A stretch of DNA of 13,897 bases from assembly GCA_043813605.1 (NCBI GenBank), contig JBDRKX010000086.1:1-13897 (forward strand). The letters are read 5' to 3'. A model generated the notes under the pieces. That model was not told the DNA's origin and did no database searches. It worked only from the letters and a program-made list of their open reading frames with translations. A program made the position numbers and the translations under genes. Numbering within the stretch: the stretch's first letter is position 1; every line of letters starts with the position of its first letter. Positions 1 through 7,414 of the stretch are shown here, piece after piece. The DNA comes from Elusimicrobiota bacterium (GTDB taxonomy: Bacteria > CG03 > SLGR01 > JBDRKX01).

Positions 1-138
1 TTGTTCTATATTGCCGACCAACTTATTTACAAGAAGAAATCTTTGGGATTGGCTGAATGCTCCATTCCATGAAAAGAGCAATTCTCCAATGGATTTATTG
101 CAACAGAGTTTTAGCTTTGGCTAATTTGGACAGTAATG
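1..138 (+). mobile_element. Right end of a probable IS4-family insertion sequence (DUF4372/DDE_Tnp_1 type), truncated by the window start
   Basis: Frame +2 encodes a transposase-like C-terminus that stops at TAA 122-124. It is followed directly by TTTGGACAGTAATG (125-138), which resembles the GGACA(C/G)TA(G/A)TG-type right inverted-repeat tips I recall for these elements. The left end is outside the window, so IR pairing and target duplication cannot be confirmed. Confidence 0.55.
2..124 (+). CDS. C-terminal fragment of a probable IS4-family transposase (5'-partial)
   Basis: Open from the window start: CSILPTNLFTRRNLWDWLNAPFHEKSNSPMDLLQQSFSFG*. The pattern L..NLF..R.LW.WL..PF...Q..F resembles the conserved tail of DUF4372-containing IS4 transposases. 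Not in the ORF track. Confidence 0.55.
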   Translation, partial: CSILPTNLFTRRNLWDWLNAPFHEKSNSPMDLLQQSFSFG

Positions 139-156
139 ATGTGAACACAGTAATGA
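130..156 (+). repeat. 10-bp direct repeat ACAGTAATGA (130-139 and 147-156)
   Basis: Exact repeat read from the sequence, 17-bp period. The first copy overlaps the putative IS tip. Confidence 0.85.
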
Positions 157-217
157 CAAGAAGTAAAGGGAAATCAGATAAAGTTCCCGGAACCGTTAGG
201 TGGAGGGACTAACTTGT

Positions 218-1516
218 ATGAAATTGTTTAAAATCTTCCATAAGTTATCCTTATGCATAGTTGTTGTATTAATCAGTTATACAGCATGTCATTCACGGAC
301 TTTTCAACCTGTAGATAAATCATCTGATGCAGTAAAGATGCTTTTCAGTGAATTCCCCGGCAAGCGTGTCAGTGCAGCTGAAGAACTGGGCAGCATGGGC
401 GTATCAGCGGATTTTGCTGTGCCTTCTCTCATTAAAGTGCTGAAAGCAGATGACCATAATACGGTAAAAGCAAAAATAATAGAAGCACTTGGAAAAATAG
501 GAAATCCCGCTGCCTCCGGCATGATAATCCCGTTTTTAAAGGATGCGGAAGCAACAGTAAGGGAAAAAGCTGCTGAAGCGCTGGGAAGCATAGGAAGCCC
601 GGATGCCGTTCAGCCGCTTCTTGAAGTATTAAAAAAAGAAAAAGAAATAGAAGTATGCAGCAAGACCATATGGGCTCTTGGCGAGTTGAAAGATGGACGC
701 GCTAATGGAAGCCTTGTTGATATCATGTCCTCATGGAAAATGTCTGCCGGTCCTGCAGGAGGCTACATTGATGATCCGTATAAGCTGGTTAGAATGGAAG
801 CGGCTATAGCTCTTGGAAAGATTGGGGCAAAGGACCTGGCAGCACCTCTGATCCGTGCTTTAAGCGATGATTTCTACAGGGTAAGAAAAGAAGCCTATAT
901 CTCATTGATAAAAATAGGAGAGCCGGCCGTAGTGCCGCTCGCAGAACAGTGGGGAACTGCAGCGCCGGAATTGCAGAATAAGATTAATAATATATTTACG
1001 GAAATAGGCCGTCCGGCACATGAGATTTTGATCGATGAACTTAACAGATGGGAATCACCCGTGTCGGATTCGATATCTGATATACTTGTAAAAATAGGTG
1101 AGCCGGCGGTGGAATCAATAGTAAAAGTCTTGATATACGGCAGTTCCGAAGCAAAAGAAAGAGCGGCAGATGTATTAATGAAGATAGGGTATCCATCAGT
1201 TGTTCCTCTTGTAGATATGGTAAGGAATGAAAAAGAAGAAATAAAATGGATAGCAGCAAAAATACTTACAGATATGGACGACCGCGCGGCGGAGTCCGTT
1301 ACCGATCTGCTGAATGAAGAAGATAGGACTGTAATTAATGTCGCTACCGGCATACTGCTGAAAATAGGGCGCCCTTCAGTAAAATATCTTATTGAAATAT
1401 TGGAAACGGGTAATAAGCGGGCAAGACATTCAGCAGCCGGAATACTTGCAAGGATAACCGGAGAAGATCTCGGAGAGAGCTACAAGAAATGGAGCAGATG
1501 GTACGGGAAAAGATAA
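218..1516 (+). CDS. HEAT/PBS-lyase-like repeat protein, probably exported (possible lipoprotein)
   Basis: Repeated HEAT motifs (VREKAAEALGSIG, VRMEAAIALGKIG, LIKIGEPAV, LVKIGEPAV, LMKIGYPSV, LLKIGRPSV) and a C-terminal LARITGEDLG...W..W cap. ATG 218 is preferred over GTG 200 because GGAGG lies at 202-206. A basic-then-hydrophobic N-terminus ends in YTA-C24, an imperfect lipobox. Confidence 0.85.
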   Translation: MKLFKIFHKLSLCIVVVLISYTACHSRTFQPVDKSSDAVKMLFSEFPGKRVSAAEELGSMGVSADFAVPSLIKVLKADDHNTVKAKIIEALGKIGNPAASGMIIPFLKDAEATVREKAAEALGSIGSPDAVQPLLEVLKKEKEIEVCSKTIWALGELKDGRANGSLVDIMSSWKMSAGPAGGYIDDPYKLVRMEAAIALGKIGAKDLAAPLIRALSDDFYRVRKEAYISLIKIGEPAVVPLAEQWGTAAPELQNKINNIFTEIGRPAHEILIDELNRWESPVSDSISDILVKIGEPAVESIVKVLIYGSSEAKERAADVLMKIGYPSVVPLVDMVRNEKEEIKWIAAKILTDMDDRAAESVTDLLNEEDRTVINVATGILLKIGRPSVKYLIEILETGNKRARHSAAGILARITGEDLGESYKKWSRWYGKR

Positions 1517-1526
1517 AGAAGGAATT

Positions 1527-2669
1527 ATGAAAGATTCAGATAAGACAAAGAAGGAATTAGTAGCTGAATTGAAAGAAGCAAGAAGTAATATCAAAGTCTT
1601 GAAGAACTTGACTGAAGAGCGAAAAAAAATAGAAAAAGCATTCAGGGAGTCGGACAAGAAATATAAGACTTTAATAGAAAAATCTAATGACGGGATTCTG
1701 ATAATACAGGACTACAAGTTCAAATATGTAAACGGCGTATCCCTGAAGCTGCTGGGCTATTCACCTGATGAACTGATCGGCAGTGATTTTATGAAAGTCA
1801 TTTCTCCTGAATTCCAAGAAATAACACTGGAAAGATATGAGAAAAGGATTGCCGGCAGAAGGGTGAGGAATATATATGAAATTGAGGTGATTACAAAAGA
1901 CGGCAGGAAGCTGCCATTGGAAGTGAGCAGCACGCTGATCAAATATGACGGCGGTCCGGCGGATCTTGTTATCACTAGAGATATACTGGAACGTAAGCAT
2001 GCTGAACTTGCTCTCAGAAAGGCTAAAGATGAACTGGAGATACGTGTGCAGGAGCGTACTGCCGAGTTGAGCGAGAGCTATATCAAACTTAAGGGTGCTA
2101 TGGACAGTACTGTCCAGGCTATTGCTACTATTGTTGAGTCAAGGGATCCTTATACTGCCGGGCATCAACGCAGAGTTGCCAGATTATCAAAAGCTATTGC
2201 TGAAGTTCTCGGGTTGGATGAACAGTTTACTGAGGGAGTGTTTGTAGCGGCAACAATACATGATATAGGCAAGATAAATATACCGGCGGAGATACTTACT
2301 ATAAGCCGGGCTCTCTGCCTGCAGTTGAGCATAACCTGATCAGAATACACAAGTCAGGTAGGTTATAATATATTGAGGGAAATAAATTTCCCCTGGCCAG
2401 TAGCTACGGCTGTACTGCAGCACCACGAAATGATGGATGGGTCAGGATATCCTGCAGGTATTTGTGGAGAAGACATAATACTTGAGGCGAGGATAATAAC
2501 AGTTTCAGATGTGCTCGAAGCAATGGCTTCACACAGACCATATAGACCTGCGCTCGGGATGGATAAAGCCATAAAACAGATAAAAGACAACAGAGGTATT
2601 CTATATGACAGTTCAGTTGTGGATGCTTGCTTGAAGGTATTGAAAAGCGGTAAAATCAAGTTCGAATAA
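1527..2669 (+). pseudogene. PAS-domain HD-GYP cyclic-dinucleotide phosphodiesterase, disrupted by two frameshifts (or by sequencing errors)
   Basis: PAS domain (YKTLIEKSNDGILIIQD...YVN...LLGYSPDELIG...ITRDILERK), coiled coil, then HD-GYP motifs RDPYTAGHQRRV, HDIGKI, HHEMMDGSGYP and DVLEAMASHRPYR. ORFs 1527-2339 and 2373-2669 are in the same frame, separated by TGA 2337-2339. The missing conserved segment KPGSLPAVEHNLIRIH is encoded in another frame at 2303-2350. Confidence 0.88.
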
Positions 2670-2712
2670 GTTGCGGTAAAGACAACTGCAGAAAAATATT
2701 TTCTATACATTC

Positions 2713-4158
2713 ATGAAAAACAGGATTCTTGTTTTTAGTGTTATCTTGGTATCGGTATTCTGTGTCTTGCGGCTTTATCCCGGCGGGTTGAATTTCGGAG
2801 TGATCACTGCAACCAGGGAAAAAGTAAAAGAAGTAAAAGAAGCAAAGCTCGAATATCTGAAAAAAGACAGATTTCCAACTGTCGCTATCGCAGATCCCTT
2901 AGATGGCTCAATCGTTTCCGGAACCGTGAACATAACTGTACAGGCTGATGATGACTTTGCAGTTACAAAAGTGGAACTCAGGATAGACAGTGCTCTTAAA
3001 GGCGAAGCTGCTTCTTCACCGTACAGTTTTTTATGGAATACTGTCGATTATGATGAGCGTTGCGATCATAAGATAGTAGCTACAGCATATGATACTTCAG
3101 GTCAGTACGCAAGTGACGAGAAAACTGTATTAGTAAAGAACGCAAACTGGAATATTTCTGTTATTGATACAGTCGGGGATATTGAAGATAATAGCTCTAA
3201 GGACCATTCGGGCATATGTCTTGATGCCAATGACTGTCCGCATGTATCTTATTATGACAGGACAGGCCAGACTCTCAAATATGCTAAATGGACAGGCGCT
3301 GCGTGGTCAATAGAAACAGTGGACTCCGGTACTGAAACAGGCTGGAGGACATCTATTGCTGTTGATGCCCAGGGATATCCTCATATAGCTTATCACGAGC
3401 ATGGTTCATTCGATCTGAAGTATGCCAAGTGGAACGGTATTGCCTGGGATAAGGCCTTGCTGGATGAAATCGGGAGCTGCGGGCATTGGAGTTCGATTGC
3501 ATTTGATTCGTCCGGTAATCCGCATGTGAGTCATCTCCGTTATAATCCTCTTCCTCTTGTTGTAAGGTACGGCAGCAATCCGGGAAGCGGCTGGACTTTT
3601 GAAGATGTTGCGGTACTGGAAGGTGAAGACTATGCGCCTAAGACATCGCTTGCAGTGGATTCGAGCGGAAATCCTCACATTGTTTTCCGGGAAAAGGAAA
3701 CTGAATGCATATTAAAATATTCCCGGAAAACCGGTTCGACCTGGCAGACTGAAACCCTTGCCAGTGACGGTTCTGTATATTACCCGTCTATAGCGATCGA
3801 CAGTTCCGACAATATACATGTATCTTACTATGATGATGTAACCAAAAAGCTGAAGTATGCCAAGCGGACCGGTTCTGTGTGGACGAAAGAGACTGTCAGT
3901 TCAACGGATTATAGCGGCGGATACAGTTCAATTGATGTAGATTCCAACGGGTACCCGTGTATATCTTGTTATAATTACTCGGACAAGGATCTTATTAGTG
4001 TCCGGTGGACGGGTTCCGCATGGCTTGTTGAAACAGTCGATTCAACCGGGGATGTGGGACGCGGTACCTCTGTGAAAGTGGATTCAGAGGAACTGATACA
4101 TATTTCCTATTACGATGCAGATAATAAACAATTGAAGTATGCTGTTCTTAAGAAGTAG
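2713..4158 (+). CDS. Secreted or membrane-anchored protein with a bacterial Ig-like domain and a 7-repeat beta-propeller
   Basis: Hydrophobic N-terminus. Ig-like module at about 2866-3141 (PTVAIADPLDGSIVSGTVNITVQADDD..VTKVE...PYSFLWNT...IVATAYDTSG). Seven repeats of about 47 aa with consensus SIA.D..G.PH.SY.D.....LKYA...G..W..E.VD from about 3148 to the C-terminus. Confidence 0.85.
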   Translation: MKNRILVFSVILVSVFCVLRLYPGGLNFGVITATREKVKEVKEAKLEYLKKDRFPTVAIADPLDGSIVSGTVNITVQADDDFAVTKVELRIDSALKGEAASSPYSFLWNTVDYDERCDHKIVATAYDTSGQYASDEKTVLVKNANWNISVIDTVGDIEDNSSKDHSGICLDANDCPHVSYYDRTGQTLKYAKWTGAAWSIETVDSGTETGWRTSIAVDAQGYPHIAYHEHGSFDLKYAKWNGIAWDKALLDEIGSCGHWSSIAFDSSGNPHVSHLRYNPLPLVVRYGSNPGSGWTFEDVAVLEGEDYAPKTSLAVDSSGNPHIVFREKETECILKYSRKTGSTWQTETLASDGSVYYPSIAIDSSDNIHVSYYDDVTKKLKYAKRTGSVWTKETVSSTDYSGGYSSIDVDSNGYPCISCYNYSDKDLISVRWTGSAWLVETVDSTGDVGRGTSVKVDSEELIHISYYDADNKQLKYAVLKK

Positions 4159-4680
4159 ATGATGAGAAGATCCGTAATTATACTTGTTCTTATAATGATC
4201 TTTGCAACTTCGTCTTCCTACCCTGAAACACGGCGTCTGGCAATAGGAGCGGGATACCCGTATCTTGCACTTGCATATACGATAGACAGCAGGTATTCTG
4301 CTCAGATCAGAGTAGCCGGTGACGAAAATATCCAGGCGTACGGCGCCAGATGCTGTTATAACTTCGTTAAAAGAAGAGAATCCGGTTATGACTGGATAAG
4401 GAACACAATCTACAGTAAATCATATAGTTTCATACCTGATACTCTGCTCCCGTTTACCGGTATAGAGATAGATTATGTGAATTTTGATGAGGATGATATC
4501 TCGGGTAACGGGATTGTCATTTATGCTTTTACCGGCGCAGAATACAGTATATCAAGGAGTTTATCCATCAGTTTCGACATCGGTCCGGCATTTATCGGTC
4601 TTACGGAACATGAATTCAGCGTTACTTCCGGCGGACTAGAATGGATATTTGATGTTACTCTGTATTTTGGTCTGTATTGA
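4159..4680 (+). CDS. Small outer-membrane beta-barrel-like protein
   Basis: Signal peptide (MMRRSVIILVLIMIFATSSS), alternating amphipathic beta-strands (YAFTGAEYSI, LSISFDIGP) and an aromatic C-terminal strand (WIFDVTLYFGLY). Starts immediately after the upstream TAG. Confidence 0.65.
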   Translation: MMRRSVIILVLIMIFATSSSYPETRRLAIGAGYPYLALAYTIDSRYSAQIRVAGDENIQAYGARCCYNFVKRRESGYDWIRNTIYSKSYSFIPDTLLPFTGIEIDYVNFDEDDISGNGIVIYAFTGAEYSISRSLSISFDIGPAFIGLTEHEFSVTSGGLEWIFDVTLYFGLY

Positions 4681-6238
4681 AGATAGCCGCCTGCTGTTTG
4701 AAAGGTACCATGTATTCTGCAGGATCAAGTCCGTACTGAAAAAGTCTTAGTTTTATCGCCTGCCAAAATTTATTTCTCGCAGAGTCACGGTCTCCTTTAT
4801 CAAGTAATATCCTTCCCTGCTGCAAAAAAGTATATGAGGGATTGTTGTCTATGACAGGAAGGCTCGAATAAATATTAGAAGATGCTCCATAGAGATCTTC
4901 CGTGTAAATGTCATTGAGTGCAAATCCAATTCTCGGCAGGAGCGAAAAGGGTAGTACCTTAAGGGATTTATTGAAGAAAATATCAGCATTCAGCGGCTGG
5001 TATGACCTGAGGTAATATATCCCCTTAGTGAAATTCCTAGACGAAATAAATGGTCTCATTGTTATTCCGGTAATGAACAAAACAGCAGCAATAGCCATTG
5101 TCGTGCGCAGCAAAAAATTATAGAATCTTTTTCTCATCCGCAGAGAGGTCTTTTTTTGCCCGGTAAATGTGCCGGCTATTAACGAGACCAGCATTGCGAT
5201 AAGCGGTATAGTAAGGTTGTATTCAAACAGATTATAAATAAGTATCAGGGACAGAGATAAATATGCCGCTTTTGTTTCTCTGGATTTATTAGTATCTTGC
5301 CGCCTGTGCAGAAAGATTATAATCCACAAAAAGGCAATAAGCACTACAATACCGTATTCAGCAGCAAAGGCTACAGGGAATGAATGTATATAAAGTGAAA
5401 AACTGTCTCCCTGTGTGAATGCCGGCAGAATATGGGGAACAGAGCCCGGTCCGAATCCGGTAACAGGCCTGTGAAGGAACATCATTATTCCGGCTTTTAT
5501 CCATGACATTCTGTTGATAACGGCATCAGGCGGTCTGGACAAAAGATAAAAGAAGGCGATAGAAACAGCTGACAGAGATGCAGGGACCAGAAATTTCCGT
5601 GCCATTCTCCGGTAATAGAGATAGGCTATCAGATAAAAAATGAGTACAGTGTATCCCCAGTATGAATGAGCGCTGTGGAAAGAAATAAGAACAGGAAAAA
5701 GGAGTAGTATCTTCACTATATTGATAATGATAGGGTGGTAATGGTCCCTGTCCAGTACCCATAATATAAAAAAAGGTGTTAAAAGCAGGAAAAAACCTGT
5801 TTTTATGTTCTGATTGGGAAAGAGTTGAGTTCTGAAAACCAGGGGATATATCAAGTCGATAAACGCTGCGGTAATACAAATAAAAATAAGGAATTGAGAT
5901 GTTGTTTTTTTTTGTTCATCAGATGAGAAGGAGATGCCAGAGAAGCAGAAAATAAGGATACAACTGGAAATAAGTATCATGCTGGAAAGGGATACTGCCG
6001 GGACAGCAGAAAACATGAAAGAAATAACAATTCCCGCAAACAATAAAATAAAAGGAGCCGAAAAAACGGTCCTGGAGATCATCATTTTTTTGGAGGTTGT
6101 GTAAAGGGATAGAATGACCAGGGTCGTATTTGTAACAGTCTGGAGCCAGATATCCCAGCCGCTCTTGAAAAAAAGGTTCATAAATATGAGCCCGAATATG
6201 ACAAAAATAGGTATGCTGTTTTCAGGGTATCTTTTCAT
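4655..6238 (-). CDS. O-antigen ligase (Wzy_C) family membrane protein with a short TPR-like C-terminal region
   Basis: Many TM helices and Wzy_C-type loop motifs RMSWIKAGIMMFLHRPVTGFGPGS and YIHSFPVAFAAEYGIV. Helical TPR-like tail (FTKGIYYL...ADIFFNKSLKVLP). ATG 6238 is preferred over TTG 6310, which lies inside the tRNA promoter. Overlaps the convergent barrel gene by 26 nt. Confidence 0.78.
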   Translation of the reverse strand: MKRYPENSIPIFVIFGLIFMNLFFKSGWDIWLQTVTNTTLVILSLYTTSKKMMISRTVFSAPFILLFAGIVISFMFSAVPAVSLSSMILISSCILIFCFSGISFSSDEQKKTTSQFLIFICITAAFIDLIYPLVFRTQLFPNQNIKTGFFLLLTPFFILWVLDRDHYHPIIINIVKILLLFPVLISFHSAHSYWGYTVLIFYLIAYLYYRRMARKFLVPASLSAVSIAFFYLLSRPPDAVINRMSWIKAGIMMFLHRPVTGFGPGSVPHILPAFTQGDSFSLYIHSFPVAFAAEYGIVVLIAFLWIIIFLHRRQDTNKSRETKAAYLSLSLILIYNLFEYNLTIPLIAMLVSLIAGTFTGQKKTSLRMRKRFYNFLLRTTMAIAAVLFITGITMRPFISSRNFTKGIYYLRSYQPLNADIFFNKSLKVLPFSLLPRIGFALNDIYTEDLYGASSNIYSSLPVIDNNPSYTFLQQGRILLDKGDRDSARNKFWQAIKLRLFQYGLDPAEYMVPFKQQAAIFNTDQNTE

Positions 6239-6273
6239 TGTCTTAAATAGTACAAAATATTGGGATTTTTTTC

Positions 6274-6302
6274 TATTGCTAATGATATTGCTAATGATAT
6301 TG
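6274..6302. repeat. 12-bp tandem repeat TATTGCTAATGA x2 plus partial third copy (TATTG)
   Basis: Units at 6274-6285, 6286-6297 and 6298-6302. The partial copy runs into the TTGACA -35 box. Confidence 0.9.
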
Positions 6303-6328
6303 ACATGCAAAATTATAATAAGTATTAT
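6300..6328 (+). promoter_or_regulatory. Sigma70-type promoter for tRNA-Thr and the downstream operon
   Basis: Perfect -35 TTGACA (6300-6305), 17-bp spacer, -10 TATTAT (6323-6328), ending 22 nt before the tRNA 5' end. Confidence 0.75.
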
Positions 6329-6350
6329 ATGAACTTTATGATATTAGAGA

Positions 6351-6425
6351 GCCGGGGTAGCTCAGTGGAAGAGCAGCTCACTCGTAATGAGCAGGTCAGG
6401 AGTTCGAATCTCCTCTCCGGCTCCA
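6351..6425 (+). tRNA. tRNA-Thr (anticodon CGT)
   Basis: Full cloverleaf: acceptor GCCGGGG/CTCCGGC, D arm GCTC/GAGC, anticodon stem GCTCA/TGAGC with loop CT-CGT-AA (anticodon 6383-6385), T arm AGGAG-TTCGAAT-CTCCT, discriminator T and encoded CCA. Confidence 0.98.
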
Positions 6426-6432
6426 TATTGCC

Positions 6433-7410
6433 ATGATGAATAAGAATCTATTTGCAATTATCCTATTATTCTATGTCGCAACAAGTGCAAAAAGCAGTAT
6501 ATTTGAAGGAAGCGGCGAGACAGTTTTCCCGTTCCTTAAGATCAATCCTTCTGTAAACAGTGCTGCAGTTAGCGGTGGGAATTCCGTTACGCTGAACGGT
6601 ATTCAGTCGCTGTACTTAAATCCAGCTGGCACAGCTCAGCTTGAAGCAACCGAACTATATGCTCAATACTGCATCTGGTTTGACGATATACAAATCGGTT
6701 ATATGTCTACCGGTATCAATACAGGCTTGGGTGTACTGGGGCTGTCGGCAGGGTACATGATGTATCCTGATCAGAAAGAAACGGTAGCAGACAGCCAGAG
6801 TCCGTACAATTATAGAGAAACGGGAAGTTTCAATGCATCTGCAGGATTTTTCGGGAGTTATTTATCGAGAAGGCTTGGGAAAAAACTGTACGGCGGAGTA
6901 GGATTGAAATATATCGGACAGAGAATAGGCGGGTATGCTTCAGCTTCAACATGTGCTTTTGATGTGGGCATTATGGCAGAAACATCTCCTTATGCGATTT
7001 ATGGTATAAGTGTGAATAATATTTCCTGGGGCGCAAAATACGGCAGCTCTTATGAAAAACTCCCTCTTATATTAAGGATCGGCGGGGAGTGGAAGTACCA
7101 CCCGAACAGATACTGGAAGTATGATCCTGGCAGGTTCTACAGCTGGCAGTATTCACTGAAGATCTGCTGTGAGATGCGGGCAAATGAGGGTTTATATATA
7201 AATAGCGGTGTTGAGATACTTCCTTTAGAATTTCTACCTCTCAGGATAGGATACTCATACTCGATGGAAGAGAACGAACTGGGCGGACTGGGCGGCTTGA
7301 GCTGCGGAACATGTATTTCGGGAATAACCGGTATGGATATTGAATATGCCTTGAGTTCGTATGGTAGACTTGGTCTTGTCCACAGGCTGGGAATAGTATT
7401 TTCTTTGTAG
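6433..7410 (+). CDS. PorV/PorQ-family (UPF0164/FadL-like) outer-membrane beta-barrel protein
   Basis: Signal peptide, N-terminal motifs FLKINPSVNSAAVSG and SLYLNPAG, internal GVGLKYI, AFDVGI, GISVNNI and LPLILRIG, and C-terminal LRIGY...IEYALSSYGRLGLVHRLGIVFSL. Confidence 0.8.
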   Translation: MMNKNLFAIILLFYVATSAKSSIFEGSGETVFPFLKINPSVNSAAVSGGNSVTLNGIQSLYLNPAGTAQLEATELYAQYCIWFDDIQIGYMSTGINTGLGVLGLSAGYMMYPDQKETVADSQSPYNYRETGSFNASAGFFGSYLSRRLGKKLYGGVGLKYIGQRIGGYASASTCAFDVGIMAETSPYAIYGISVNNISWGAKYGSSYEKLPLILRIGGEWKYHPNRYWKYDPGRFYSWQYSLKICCEMRANEGLYINSGVEILPLEFLPLRIGYSYSMEENELGGLGGLSCGTCISGITGMDIEYALSSYGRLGLVHRLGIVFSL

Positions 7411-7414
7411 AAAT

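Noticed and set aside
57..212. Short frame +3 ORF (MLHSMKRAILQWIYCNRVLALANLDSND...)
   Set aside because: No recognisable motif or RBS, and it crosses the better-supported transposase tail and IS end.
2337..2339. In-frame TGA in the HD-GYP gene as selenocysteine or recoded stop
   Set aside because: The residues around it in that frame do not match the family, while an alternate frame does. No SECIS-like hairpin is evident, and TGA serves as a normal stop at 4678-4680.
2659..2667. AGTTCGAAT matching the tRNA T-loop, as a possible att-site duplication
   Set aside because: Only 9 nt, inside a coding end, with no integrase or longer tRNA 3' duplication in the window.
2669..2704. Short inverted repeats (AGTTG/CAACT; AGAAAA/TTTTCT) between the PDE and propeller genes
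   Set aside because: Stems of 5-6 bp with low GC content are too weak to call a terminator or operator.
3148..4158. Periodic repeats as a CRISPR array or DNA-level repeat element
   Set aside because: The repeats are degenerate at DNA level and conserved only as protein propeller blades.
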